Assembly: GCA_963422375.2 (NCBI GenBank)
Contig: OY729428.2
Location: 544,001-608,000 of the forward strand
DNA from: Bryobacterales bacterium
GTDB taxonomy: Bacteria; Acidobacteriota; Terriglobia; Bryobacterales; UBA6623
DNA: 64,000 bases
Direction of reading: 5' to 3'
Position numbers and translations under genes: made by a program. The notes under the pieces are model-generated. The model was not told the origin of the DNA. It was given only the letters and a program-made list of their open reading frames with translations, and did no database searches. This document shows positions 20,931 through 30,594 of the stretch, one piece after another; positions within the stretch are counted from its first letter, which is position 1, and each line of letters opens with the position of its first letter.

Positions 20931-21731
20931 ATGGTCAAGACCGAGCGCGAGCACGCCGCCGACATCGTCCGCGTCGGCAAGCTGGTATTCGACAAGGGCT
21001 GGGTGGCAGCCAACGACGGGAACATCTCGATCCGCTTGGACGACGAGCGCGTCATGTGCACGCCCACGGGCGTGTCGAAGGGCATGATGCAGGTCGACGA
21101 CATCATCATCGTGGACTACGCCGGCGACAAGATCGCCGGGCGCCTCGAGCGCACGTCGGAGATCAAGATGCATCTCAAGATCTACGAGCTGCGCGAGGAC
21201 GTCGACTCGGTCGTGCATGCCCATCCGCCCGTGGCGACGGGCTTCGCCGCGGCGGGTCGCGCGCTCGACACGGCTCTGCTGCCCGAGGTGGTGATCGGAC
21301 TGGGCTGCGTGCCCTTGGCCGACTACGGCCTGCCCGGCACCGACGCCCTGACCGAGCCGATGCTGCCGCTGATTCCCAAGTACGACGCGCTGCTGCTGGG
21401 GAACCACGGGGCCGTCAGCTACGGCCAGGACGCCATGCAGGCGTACTTTCGGATGGAGACGGTCGAGCACTTCGCCCGCATCAACTTCGTCGCCGAGATG
21501 CTGGGCGGCGCGCGGGCGCTGCCGCGCGTCGAGGTGGACAAGCTGTTCGAGTCGCGCGGCCGCTACGGCGTCGCGTCGAAGTCGGCGCAGGAGCCCGGTT
21601 GCCCGGTCTCCGCGGAAGAGGGCGTCGCCCCGGCACGGGGCGGCGCGATGGGCGACAATGGTGGGTTCTACGTCACCCGGGACGAGTTGATCCAGTTGCT
21701 GGAAGAGGCGATCCGGGTTAGGGAAGGATGA
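20931..21731 (+). CDS. Class II aldolase/adducin-family protein (fuculose-phosphate-aldolase-like), BMC-associated, with C-terminal encapsulation-peptide-like helix
   Basis: ANDGNIS, TPTGVSKG, TSEIKMH..IY, VVHAHP, LLGNHG; linker then VTRDELIQLLEEAIRV. Confidence 0.9.
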   Translation: MVKTEREHAADIVRVGKLVFDKGWVAANDGNISIRLDDERVMCTPTGVSKGMMQVDDIIIVDYAGDKIAGRLERTSEIKMHLKIYELREDVDSVVHAHPPVATGFAAAGRALDTALLPEVVIGLGCVPLADYGLPGTDALTEPMLPLIPKYDALLLGNHGAVSYGQDAMQAYFRMETVEHFARINFVAEMLGGARALPRVEVDKLFESRGRYGVASKSAQEPGCPVSAEEGVAPARGGAMGDNGGFYVTRDELIQLLEEAIRVREG

Positions 21732-21738
21732 TTAGCTC

Positions 21739-22020
21739 ATGGGCGAAGCCCTCGGATTGATCGAAACTCGCGGATTCGTCTCGCTAGTCGAGTCCGCCGA
21801 CGCCGCCGTCAAGGCGGCCAACGTCACGCTCGTCGGCTGGGAGAAGATCGGCTCGGGCTACGTCACCGTGCTCATGCGCGGCGACGTGGCGGCCGTGAAG
21901 GCGGCCACCGACGCCGGAGCCGCCGCGGCCCGGCGCGTCGGAGAGCTCATCTCCGTCCACGTCATTCCCCGGCCGCACGGCAACCTGGACCAGATCTTCT
22001 CGATCGCCGCGCCCGAGTAG
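21739..22020 (+). CDS. Bacterial microcompartment hexamer shell protein (BMC-H)
   Basis: [10 protein letters not shown]...[10 protein letters not shown]...[21 protein letters not shown]...SVHVIPRPH. Confidence 0.97.
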   Translation: MGEALGLIETRGFVSLVESADAAVKAANVTLVGWEKIGSGYVTVLMRGDVAAVKAATDAGAAAARRVGELISVHVIPRPHGNLDQIFSIAAPE

Positions 22021-22061
22021 GGCCGTCCGTCCGAAGGTTCCCGGCGAAGGATGCGCGCCCC

Positions 22062-22340
22062 ATGATCCTCGCCCGAGTCGTAGGCAACGTCGTCGCCACG
22101 CGCAAGGATCCGAGGCTGGAGGGCAAGAAGCTGCTGGTCCTGCAGCACATCGCTCCCGACGGCAAGCCGCGCGAGAACTACGTGGTCGGCCTCGATACCG
22201 TCGGGGCGGGCGCTCGCGAGACGGTGATCTGCGTCTCCGGCAGCTCGGCGCGCATGGCCTCGGGCATGAAGGACACGCCCGTCGACACGGCCGTCGTGGG
22301 CATCGTGGACAGCGTGAGCCTGCTGCCCGGGAACCGCTGA
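22062..22340 (+). CDS. BMC pentamer (EutN/CcmL family) 1
   Basis: MILARVVGNVVATRKD..LEGKKLL...DTVGAG..E.VI..SGSSAR...PVDTAVVGIVD. Confidence 0.96.
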   Translation: MILARVVGNVVATRKDPRLEGKKLLVLQHIAPDGKPRENYVVGLDTVGAGARETVICVSGSSARMASGMKDTPVDTAVVGIVDSVSLLPGNR

Positions 22341-22609
22341 TGCGCCTGGCACGCGTCATCGGGAGCGTGTGCGCGACCGTCAAGGATCCGCAGTTCGAAG
22401 GGCTGAAGCTGCTGCTGATCCAGCCGCTGGGCGCGGACGGGGCCCACTTCGGGAACCCGCTGGTGGCGCTGGACGCGGTAGGCGCGGGCGCGGGCGAGAC
22501 CGTCTACTGGTCGGGCCGGCGCGAGGCCTCCCTAGCGTTCGATCCGGCCGTGCCGACCGACGCGAGCGTGACGGGCATCGTCGACGCGGTCCGCGGGGAG
22601 CCGGCGTGA
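22340..22609 (+). CDS. BMC pentamer (EutN/CcmL family) 2
   Basis: MRLARVIGSVCATVKD...GLKLLLIQP...VALDAVGAGAGE.V...GRREA...PTDASVTGIVD. Confidence 0.95.
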   Translation: MRLARVIGSVCATVKDPQFEGLKLLLIQPLGADGAHFGNPLVALDAVGAGAGETVYWSGRREASLAFDPAVPTDASVTGIVDAVRGEPA

Positions 22610-22887
22610 TCCTCAGCAAGGTGGTCGGCGACGTGGTCGCGACCCGCAAGCATCCCTCCCACGAGGCGATCAAGCTGCTGCTGGTGCGGCAGGTGAACCC
22701 GCAGGGCGAGGAGCACGGAGCGCCGTTCGTGGCGGTGGACGTGCTCGACGCCGGCGTCGGCGACACGGTGCTGCTGACGATGGACGGATGGGCGGCCATG
22801 ACCGCCGTGAAGCGGGCCAAGTCCCCGATCGACGCGGCCGTGATCGCGATCGTGGACGCCGTCGCATGGGATCCGCCGCGGCCGTGA
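22606..22887 (+). CDS. BMC pentamer (EutN/CcmL family) 3
   Basis: GTG start overlapping the previous stop; ILSKVVGDVVATRKH...KLLLVR...VAVD.LDAGVGD.VL...GWAA...PIDAAVIAIVD. Confidence 0.93.
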   Translation: MILSKVVGDVVATRKHPSHEAIKLLLVRQVNPQGEEHGAPFVAVDVLDAGVGDTVLLTMDGWAAMTAVKRAKSPIDAAVIAIVDAVAWDPPRP

Positions 22888-22930
22888 CCGCTCGCCCGGC
22901 GCGCGGACCGTGCTGGTACCATGACCTCTG

Positions 22931-24169
22931 ATGCGGCGCGGCGGCCGTCGTTGGTTCCTAGCCGCGACGGCTTCGGCGGCACGGCTCGCCGGGGCTAGGC
23001 GCGGGACAAGGATCGAGGCGCCGCGGGAGGAGTTCAGCGACGCGCTCACCGAGCGCGAGGTCCATCGCCTGACCGACCTCTCCGTCCTCCATCACCTGCC
23101 GGGGCAGCACCACCGGATTCTCTCGCGGGACAGCTCGTTCCTGCTGCTTGCCGCCGAGCACGGCGGCGCGCGCCATTTTCACCGCCTCGACCTCAAGCGG
23201 GGCCGCCTGACGCAGCTCACGGAAGGCGAGGCGGTTCACCCGTACGCGGCGCACCTGCGCTCGAACGACCGCGGCTTCTACTTCCTGCAGGGCCGCGAGC
23301 TGCTCCAAGCCGACATCGGCGGCGGCGGCCGGCGCACGCTCTACAGCTGCCCGGAGGCCTGGCTGCTGACCGGGGAAATGGACATCTCGACCGGCGAGCG
23401 CTACGCCGCGCTGGTCGAGATGCGCGAGGAGGACTGGCGGCCCGAACCCGCGCAGCAGTTCGACGCCGAGCCCCGCTGCCGCGTGACGATCGTGGAAATC
23501 CGCCGGCAGGCGTCGCCCGGAGGCCGCAGCTGGGCCGCCACGGAGGACCGGCGCTGGCTGTCGTCGCCCCGCTTCCGCCCGTGGCATTCTCAGGTGCTCT
23601 ACGCACGCGAGGGCCCCTGGCAGCGCGTGCGAAGGCGGCTCCAAGTCGTGGCCCTGGACGGCTCCGGCAAGGCCAGCGTGCGCCCGACCCGCGGAAGGGA
23701 GCGCCTGGAGGGGGCGCGCTGGCAGGCGGACGGCTCGCGCCTGCGGTACGTGCATTTCCCGGACGGCGCCGGCTGGAAGGCCAGCCTCCGCAGCATCCAG
23801 CCCGCGGGCGGCGAGGAGGCCGACGAGGCTTCCTGCTCGGCTTTCGGCTGGTTCGACGAGAACGCGGACGGCTCGGCGGTCGTGGGCGCGAGCCGACGGC
23901 CCTCCGGCCCCAACCTCTACGTCCTGTTCCCGAGGATGCGGCGGGAGATCACGCTGTGCGAGCACCTCAGCAGCTTCAGGACCTATCCGGTCGCGGGCAG
24001 CGACCGGCTGGATCCGTTCGCGGCCGTCCCGTGCCCGGCCTTGTCGCCGGACAGCTCCCGGCTCTATTTCGTCACCGACCGCGAGGGCATGCCGGCCCTG
24101 TACGCGGTGCCGGTCGACGATCTGGTTGAGGAGACCTCCCGCGGTCGCGCGACGCGCCGCCGCACGTGA
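22931..24169 (+). CDS. Oligogalacturonate-lyase-like / TolB-like beta-propeller protein
   Basis: Twin-arginine-like N-terminus; F.D.LT..EVHRLTD, HH......ILSRDSSFLL, LTQLTEG, C-terminal P.LSPDS..LYF.TDREG.PALY. Confidence 0.7.
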   Translation: MRRGGRRWFLAATASAARLAGARRGTRIEAPREEFSDALTEREVHRLTDLSVLHHLPGQHHRILSRDSSFLLLAAEHGGARHFHRLDLKRGRLTQLTEGEAVHPYAAHLRSNDRGFYFLQGRELLQADIGGGGRRTLYSCPEAWLLTGEMDISTGERYAALVEMREEDWRPEPAQQFDAEPRCRVTIVEIRRQASPGGRSWAATEDRRWLSSPRFRPWHSQVLYAREGPWQRVRRRLQVVALDGSGKASVRPTRGRERLEGARWQADGSRLRYVHFPDGAGWKASLRSIQPAGGEEADEASCSAFGWFDENADGSAVVGASRRPSGPNLYVLFPRMRREITLCEHLSSFRTYPVAGSDRLDPFAAVPCPALSPDSSRLYFVTDREGMPALYAVPVDDLVEETSRGRATRRRT

Positions 24170-24247
24170 GGCGGGCCGCGAGTTCGGCCCGGACCGGAAC
24201 CACCACGCCTCGCCTGGGAATCTCGCGCGCGAATCTCCGATCTCGGA

Positions 24248-25822
24248 TTGACCTCGCGCGTCAAGGGCAGGTCGCGGCGGCGGTCTGCCTCCCCGCGCTC
24301 CGCTCGCGGGCCTTCCGAGATAATTGAGGATTCCCTCGCCCTTCCGGCCGTCACCCGCATGTTCCGCGACAACGAGATCCTGCTGACCGGCGCGAACGGG
24401 TTCCTCGGCAAGGTGATTCTCGCCATGCTGCTGGACAGGTTCCCGCAAGCGGCGCCCGTCCACGCCTTGGTGCGACCCCGCCCCGGCCTGCCCGCCGAAG
24501 AGCGCTTCGCGCGGGAGGTGCTGGACTCCCCCGCCCTGCGCCCGCTCGTCGAGAGGGACGGGCGGTCGGTCGTGGAGAGCCGCGTGAGCGTGCTCCCGGG
24601 CGACGCCGCCCGGCCGATGGCCGGACTCGAGCCCGAGCGCGTGGCGGAGCTTGGCGGCCGGGTCGGCATCGTGATCAATTGCGCGGGTCTCGTCGACTTC
24701 TTCCCGCCGGTAGACCGGGCGCTTCGAGCGAACGTCGACTCGGTCGAGCGAATCCTGGAACTGTGCGCCGCCTTGGGCGCCAAGCTGGCGCACGTGTCGA
24801 CCTGCTACGTAGCCGGCAAGGCCGACGGCCTCGTCGAGGAGACCGAGCCGGTGGCCGGCTTCTACCCCCGCCGGGGCGGGCGCGAAGACCGCCGTTTCGA
24901 CGCGGGCGCCGAGCTGGCCGAGTGCCGCGCCGCGGCGGCCGAACTGGCCCGCGGGCCCGACACCGCCGAACGGACCCGGACGCTCGCGGAACTCGGGCGG
25001 ATCCGGGCGGCCCGGTGGGGCTGGGTCAACACCTATACCTACACCAAGAGCCTGGGCGAGCAGACCCTTGCCGCGCAGGACACGGTGCCGTACGCGATCG
25101 TGCGGCCGGCGATCGTGGAGAGCGCCCTGCGGTATCCGTTTCCCGGCTGGATCGAGGGCGGCCGCACGGCCGCCCCGCTGGCGCTGATGGCGCTCGGCGG
25201 CCTCCTCGACTGGCCCGCGCGCCGGGATCTGTCCCTGGAAATCGTTCCCGTGGACTTCGTCGCGGCGGCGACGCTCGCGGTGGCGGGGCAGCTACTCGCG
25301 GGGCGCTCGCGGCAGGTCTACCAGCTCGGCAGCGCCGATCTGAACCCGTATCCTCTGGGGGACCTGATCCGCCTGCTCTGCGCCGAGGCGAGGACCAACG
25401 GCAAACGGCCCACCTCCTTGCCCTTCTGGCTGGACCCGTTCCCGCGCCTGAGGTTTCACGACGCTTCAAGTGCCGAGCGCCGCCGCAACGCGCTCCGCCG
25501 TCGCAGCGCGCGGGCCCGGGGCCTGCTGGACCGGCTAGGGCGCCGAGAGGCGGCCGCCCGGCTCAGGGTTTTCGAGCTGCAGCTCGGATTCCACGAGGAG
25601 ACGTTCCGCCAGTACACGCCGTTCATTCTGGACAACCGCTACGTGTTCGAGTCGATCAACATCCGCGCGTTGCGCGCCGGACTGGCGGCGGATGAGCGGG
25701 AGGCGCTGCCGTGGGATCCGGAGTCGATCAACTGGCCCGCCTACTGGCGGGAATGCCAGATCCCGGGCATCCGCAAGTGGGTGCAGCCAGAGGCAGTGCG
25801 AGAATGGAACTTCCGGCTGTAG
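24248..25822 (+). CDS. Fatty-acyl-CoA-reductase-like extended SDR (NAD_binding_4 + Sterile)
   Basis: [53 protein letters not shown]...[17 protein letters not shown]...IPGIRKW; start uncertain (24248 TTG or 24359 ATG). Confidence 0.85.
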   Translation: MTSRVKGRSRRRSASPRSARGPSEIIEDSLALPAVTRMFRDNEILLTGANGFLGKVILAMLLDRFPQAAPVHALVRPRPGLPAEERFAREVLDSPALRPLVERDGRSVVESRVSVLPGDAARPMAGLEPERVAELGGRVGIVINCAGLVDFFPPVDRALRANVDSVERILELCAALGAKLAHVSTCYVAGKADGLVEETEPVAGFYPRRGGREDRRFDAGAELAECRAAAAELARGPDTAERTRTLAELGRIRAARWGWVNTYTYTKSLGEQTLAAQDTVPYAIVRPAIVESALRYPFPGWIEGGRTAAPLALMALGGLLDWPARRDLSLEIVPVDFVAAATLAVAGQLLAGRSRQVYQLGSADLNPYPLGDLIRLLCAEARTNGKRPTSLPFWLDPFPRLRFHDASSAERRRNALRRRSARARGLLDRLGRREAAARLRVFELQLGFHEETFRQYTPFILDNRYVFESINIRALRAGLAADEREALPWDPESINWPAYWRECQIPGIRKWVQPEAVREWNFRL

Positions 25823-25850
25823 GGACCGGAATCGCGACTCGCGAAGCGGC

Positions 25851-26900
25851 ATGAACCCGGTCGACCTGCGCAGCGACACGGTCACCAAGCCGACCGCGGC
25901 GATGCGCCGCGCGATGGCCGCGGCCGAGGTCGGCGACGATGTCTTCGGCGAGGATCCCACCGTCAACGCGCTCGAGGAGCGGGCCGCGGAGGTCGCCGGG
26001 AAGGAGGCGGCGCTGTTCGTCCCGTCCGGGACGATGGGCAACCAGATCGCCATCGCCGTGCATACCTCGCCCGGCGACGAGATCGTCTGCGAGGAGCATA
26101 GCCACGTGGTGCTCTACGAGATGGGCATGCTGGCCCGCTTCTCCGGCTGCGTGGCGCGGGCCGTAGCGACGGAGGACGGGCTGCTCACCTGGGGCCGCAT
26201 CCGCCCGAGGGTGCGCGCCGCGTCGGACCACTTCCGCGGGACGGGCCTGATCGAGATCGAGAACACGCACAACTACGCCGGCGGCCGCGTGTATCCGCTC
26301 GAGTCGCTCGACGAAATCGCCTCGCACGCCCGGGCGGCGGGGCTGCCGGTGCATATGGACGGCGCGCGGGTGTTTCACGCGGCGGCGGCGCTGGACGTCC
26401 CCGTGCGGCGGGTCGCGGCCTGCGCGGACTCGCTGAGCTTCTGTCTCTCCAAAGGGCTCGGCGCCCCGGTGGGGTCCCTCCTGACGGGCAGCCGGAGCTT
26501 CATCGGCGAGGCGCGGCTCGTGCGCAAGGCGCTCGGGGGAGGGATGCGCCAAGCCGGCGTGCTCGCCGCGGCCGGCCTGGTAGCCCTCGAGCGCAGTCCC
26601 GCCAACATCCCCGCGGCGCATGCCGACGCGAAGTTTCTCGCGGAGTCGCTGGCGACGGTCCCCGGCATCGCCATCGAGCCCGCAACCGTGGAGACCAACA
26701 TCGTGTTCTTCGACATCACCGGCACGGGGCTCTCCAACGCGCAGTTCCTCGGACGGCTGCGCGCCGACGGCGTGCTGGCGCTGGGGCTGGCCCCGGGCCG
26801 CATCCGCATGGTGACCCACCAGGATCTCGACCGGTCGGACTGCAAGGCGTCCGTGGCCGCGATCCGACGGGCCTGCTCGCACGCCCCCGCACTCCGCTGA
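25851..26900 (+). CDS. ltaE: Low-specificity L-threonine aldolase
   Basis: [72 protein letters not shown]. Confidence 0.95.
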   Translation: MNPVDLRSDTVTKPTAAMRRAMAAAEVGDDVFGEDPTVNALEERAAEVAGKEAALFVPSGTMGNQIAIAVHTSPGDEIVCEEHSHVVLYEMGMLARFSGCVARAVATEDGLLTWGRIRPRVRAASDHFRGTGLIEIENTHNYAGGRVYPLESLDEIASHARAAGLPVHMDGARVFHAAAALDVPVRRVAACADSLSFCLSKGLGAPVGSLLTGSRSFIGEARLVRKALGGGMRQAGVLAAAGLVALERSPANIPAAHADAKFLAESLATVPGIAIEPATVETNIVFFDITGTGLSNAQFLGRLRADGVLALGLAPGRIRMVTHQDLDRSDCKASVAAIRRACSHAPALR

Positions 26901-26907
26901 GGGCTCC

Positions 26908-28125
26908 GTGCGGGGCACCTGCCTGCTGGCCTTCGCCGCCCTGCTCGCGGCCTGGCCCGCGCCCACCCAGCGGCTCTTCGACGTCGGGCCGGGGAGCCGC
27001 CTGCGATTCCACGCGAGCGACCGGGCGGTCTTGGCCGGCGACGAAGACCGGTCCGACCTCGGCTGCCGCGTCGAGCCGCAGAGCCCGCGCCTGGGCTACG
27101 ACCTGAAGTACACCGCGGGCTACTTGGTCCACGTGCCGGCCGACGCGGTCGCGCCGGGCGGCGAGCGCCTGCGGGTGCTGTTCCGCGTCCGGGCGCTCGA
27201 CGACGAGCGGCTGGAACCGCTCTACTTCCGGCAGGAATTCGACCTAGGGGCGAACGTCGCCGAGGGCGGCGGCACGGCGGTCTTCCCGGGTCGCTACGTG
27301 CTCGGCCCGGGCCGCTACGAAATCGACTGGCTCATGCGCAACCTGCAGGGCAGGGTGTGCTCGGCCCACTGGCGCGCGCGCGCGCCGACACCCGGCCACA
27401 CGGGCCGCCTGGCCGCGGCCGCCACGCCGAACCTGATCGCGCCCTACCGCGAGGACACCTTCGCGGAGGAGCCGCCCGTGCCGCGCCGCTCCGGCGTGGA
27501 GGGCGGCTTGCGCATCGCGCTGCTCGTGAACCTAGCCCCGCTGGACCGGACGCGGTTCAAGCTTAACGCCTACGAGCTCGACAGCATCATGGGCATGCTC
27601 CGCTCGCTGCACCGGGAGCCCGCCGCGGGGCTGTTCAGCGTGACCGCGTTCCATGCCTACGACCGGCGCATCGTCTACGAGGCGGCGCAGCAGACCCGGC
27701 TCGATTTCGCCGCCATCGGCGCGGCCATCGAGGCCGCGCCGACGGGGGTGGTGGGCGTGGACGCCCTCGCGGACGAAGAGGGCGACCGGACCTTCCTCGC
27801 GACCCTGCTCAACGCGGCTCTCGATCCGGGCAGGCCGCGACGCGACGCCGTGATTTTCCTAGGGCCGAAGATCGACCGCGAAGCGCACGTTCCCGAGGCA
27901 ATGATCGAATTCCACGCCCCTCCCGCCCCGCTGTTCCAGATCGCGTTTCACCCCAGCCCCCGGAGCTACCCCTGGCCGGGCGCGATCGAGGCGGCCCTGC
28001 GCCCGCTCGGGCTCACCTCGCACACAGTCACGCGCCCCCAGGACTTCAGCCGGGCACTGGAGAGCCTACTGGAGGCCATCGAGGCAGGGGACCGGGCCGG
28101 CGGCGCGGGTCCCGGACGCCTCTAG
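26908..28125 (+). CDS. Secreted hypothetical protein
   Basis: Long GC3-rich ORF in operon orientation with a signal-peptide-like start; no recognised catalytic motif. Confidence 0.7.
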   Translation: MRGTCLLAFAALLAAWPAPTQRLFDVGPGSRLRFHASDRAVLAGDEDRSDLGCRVEPQSPRLGYDLKYTAGYLVHVPADAVAPGGERLRVLFRVRALDDERLEPLYFRQEFDLGANVAEGGGTAVFPGRYVLGPGRYEIDWLMRNLQGRVCSAHWRARAPTPGHTGRLAAAATPNLIAPYREDTFAEEPPVPRRSGVEGGLRIALLVNLAPLDRTRFKLNAYELDSIMGMLRSLHREPAAGLFSVTAFHAYDRRIVYEAAQQTRLDFAAIGAAIEAAPTGVVGVDALADEEGDRTFLATLLNAALDPGRPRRDAVIFLGPKIDREAHVPEAMIEFHAPPAPLFQIAFHPSPRSYPWPGAIEAALRPLGLTSHTVTRPQDFSRALESLLEAIEAGDRAGGAGPGRL

Positions 28126-28321
28126 CCCGGACCCTTAGGGCGCGAGCTGCGCCCTGCGACAGGCACGCTCGGGCTCGACGCGCGACCGGGGTCCGGCTCC
28201 ACGAGCGTCGCCTGACCGGGGACACGGGCGATTCATGCGACGGTCCCGTTGCCGCCGCGCGGCGACCCCGCCGCAGCAAGTCGGCGCATTCGAGGAGGTT
28301 TCCGCGGGCACGCCCCACAAT

Positions 28322-28363
28322 AGAATAGAGCGGGGAGACGGCAGAATAGAGCGGGGAGACGGC
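28322..28363. repeat. 21-bp perfect tandem duplication, intergenic
   Basis: agaatagagcggggagacggc x2. Confidence 0.9.
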
Positions 28364-28588
28364 GGTCCGCCGCGCGCTTTCGGCGGCCAGCTCGGGGACT
28401 TTCCGCGCGGCAGGCACGGCGCATCCGAGACCACCGCGGCGAGGAAGTGACGACCCTACGCGACAGGCTCCAAGCCGCTCCCGAACACAGTGCGGTCGTC
28501 GGCGTCCTCCTCGGAACTGCCGGGCATCCGCGAGAAGTCTTACAGCGCCTGACGGTCGGCAACGCCGTCGAGGAAAACAGGGGGAACA

Positions 28589-30472
28589 ATGGCTACGCCA
28601 ACAGAACTGCTTCGGATTGTCGCCACGCTCGGCCCGCCGTTCAAGGAGAACGGGGCCGAGATCGCAGCGGGCGAGATCCTCGACTGGGCGGAAGAGCGGC
28701 TCGCTCACGATCTGCCCTCGGAGGCTCGAAAACTGGAAAGCTTCGAATGCCGTGCCGAAGCGGCCACCTGCCAAGCAACAAGTCTATCCAGAGCGGCCAG
28801 CAACGTCTGGGCGATCCGGTTGGAAGCGCAGGAGAATCGAAGTCGACTGATCACGGAAGCGGCCGTAGAGCGGCGTGACACCAATAAGACGGTTCTCTCC
28901 ACCCGACTGACGGCCTATCGCCCCATTGGAGCCGAGCAAGTGCTTCCGGAGACGCCGGAATTCATTCACGCGATCCACTCCAAGATCCCTCTCCACGACG
29001 GTTGGGACCCGTTCGAGATCTCGCCGTGGACCGTCAATTCGGACGCGGACTGGCTCACCCTAATCGACGTGCTAGAGGACTCCACCCGGAACTGGCCAAT
29101 CCTAGTGCTGAGCGTGCCCGAGGGGTCGGTCAAGGTCTTCACGCCGCTGCTGGACGCCGAGCGCCTCGCCCACGCCACGGCCGGACTCGCGCGCGTCGTG
29201 ATCCTGCCGCACCGATTCACATGGAACCTCACGGACCGCTTCGGCAAGGAGCGCTCGGTCTTTCTAGGCGCGGTCCGCGTGTACCATCCGGGCTTCAGCG
29301 AGTCCGCCGCCCTGGCCGACCACCCGCTGTATCTCGCGAAGAGGCTCGAGACGCCGCGGGACCGAGCCGCGGTGGAGGCGGAACTGCTGGAGATCGCCGG
29401 CGAGGCCAGCATCCGGCGGTTCGGATCGGGCCAGAAGATGCGAACGTTCTCGTCCATCCGCAAGGAAGCCGCCGCCGCCTTGGCCCAGTCCGCCGCTCGC
29501 GTCGCGCCGCCGCCCTCGACGCCCGCGGCCGCCGCCCCGGCCCTCCCTGCCGGCGAGCCGGTCGCGCCGCCGCCCGAGGCCCCCCCGGCACCCGTACCAG
29601 CCCAGCCGGCCGCTGCGCCCGTGCCGGTCGCGGCGCAGGAATCCCCAGTGGCGGACAGCGCGTCCGAGCCGCACGCGGCGGAGACGCCGGCCGCCCGGCA
29701 GGCGCCGCGCTCGGTCGAGCCCGCGCCCGTCGCGGCGCACGCGGCCGTGGAGGCGGGGCCGGGCGGCGCCTGGAGCCGGTTCCGGCTCGCTCTGGCGAGG
29801 TTCGTCGGCGGCCGGGACCTCGCTCCCGCCAGCGAATTGCAATCCGCGCGGGGCGAAATCACGACGCTCCGGGTCAAGCTCAAGGATGCGGAGGATTTCA
29901 GCCAGCAAGTCTCGGACCTGCATGCGGCGGAGGAGCAACGGGCGGACAACGCCGAAGAGCGAGCCAAGGAGGCAGAGGCCGGGCTCAAGGAGTCCGACGA
30001 ACTGATTGCGGAGCTGGAGAAGGACATCGGCCTTGCGGAGCGGACGCCCACGACCTGGAGCAGCTTCACGCCGTGGTGCATGCGAACGCTCGCCGGCAAG
30101 GTCGTGCTCATGGAACGAGCCAAGCGCGAAATCAAGAAGGCGCAGTACGAAGATGTCCCTCTGGCCGCGAAGGGGCTGGTCTGGCTCGGCTGGTTCTACC
30201 GCGACCGTCGCATCGAGGGCGGGCCCGGCGACCTGGGGGAGAGCGGCGACCTGCGGGGCGCCATCGACGACGGCCTCCAGAACGCGCGGGTCGGCGAGGA
30301 CACCTTCAGCGTCGACTGGATGGGCAAGCCGGTAGCGATCAAGTGGCATCTGAAGAAGGGCGATGCCACGACAGCGAAGCGGCTGCTGCGCATCTACTAC
30401 TTCTGGGACGCCGCCGGCAAGCAGGTGGTGATCGCCTCGATGCCGGGCCACCACCGCGTCAAGGGCAAGTGA
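28589..30472 (+). CDS. Hypothetical multidomain protein: globular N-terminus, Pro/Ala linker, coiled coil, possible RelE-like C-terminal domain
   Basis: RBS-like ggggga before ATG; C-terminal WHLKKG...RLLRIYYFWD....VVIASMPGHH. Confidence 0.75.
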   Translation: MATPTELLRIVATLGPPFKENGAEIAAGEILDWAEERLAHDLPSEARKLESFECRAEAATCQATSLSRAASNVWAIRLEAQENRSRLITEAAVERRDTNKTVLSTRLTAYRPIGAEQVLPETPEFIHAIHSKIPLHDGWDPFEISPWTVNSDADWLTLIDVLEDSTRNWPILVLSVPEGSVKVFTPLLDAERLAHATAGLARVVILPHRFTWNLTDRFGKERSVFLGAVRVYHPGFSESAALADHPLYLAKRLETPRDRAAVEAELLEIAGEASIRRFGSGQKMRTFSSIRKEAAAALAQSAARVAPPPSTPAAAAPALPAGEPVAPPPEAPPAPVPAQPAAAPVPVAAQESPVADSASEPHAAETPAARQAPRSVEPAPVAAHAAVEAGPGGAWSRFRLALARFVGGRDLAPASELQSARGEITTLRVKLKDAEDFSQQVSDLHAAEEQRADNAEERAKEAEAGLKESDELIAELEKDIGLAERTPTTWSSFTPWCMRTLAGKVVLMERAKREIKKAQYEDVPLAAKGLVWLGWFYRDRRIEGGPGDLGESGDLRGAIDDGLQNARVGEDTFSVDWMGKPVAIKWHLKKGDATTAKRLLRIYYFWDAAGKQVVIASMPGHHRVKGK

Positions 30473-30594
30473 CAGCGGGCCCGGAAGCCGGGCAGCTCGC
30501 CGGGCGGGGCGTGATCGCCGGGATCATGCCGACCTCCCGCGGGCCCAGCCCCGCGTCCGGGCCGTTCGCTATGATTTCTACAGATCGGAGCCTC

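Noticed and set aside
28322..28363. 21-bp direct repeat as a possible CRISPR array
   Set aside because: Only two abutting units, no spacer and no cas genes
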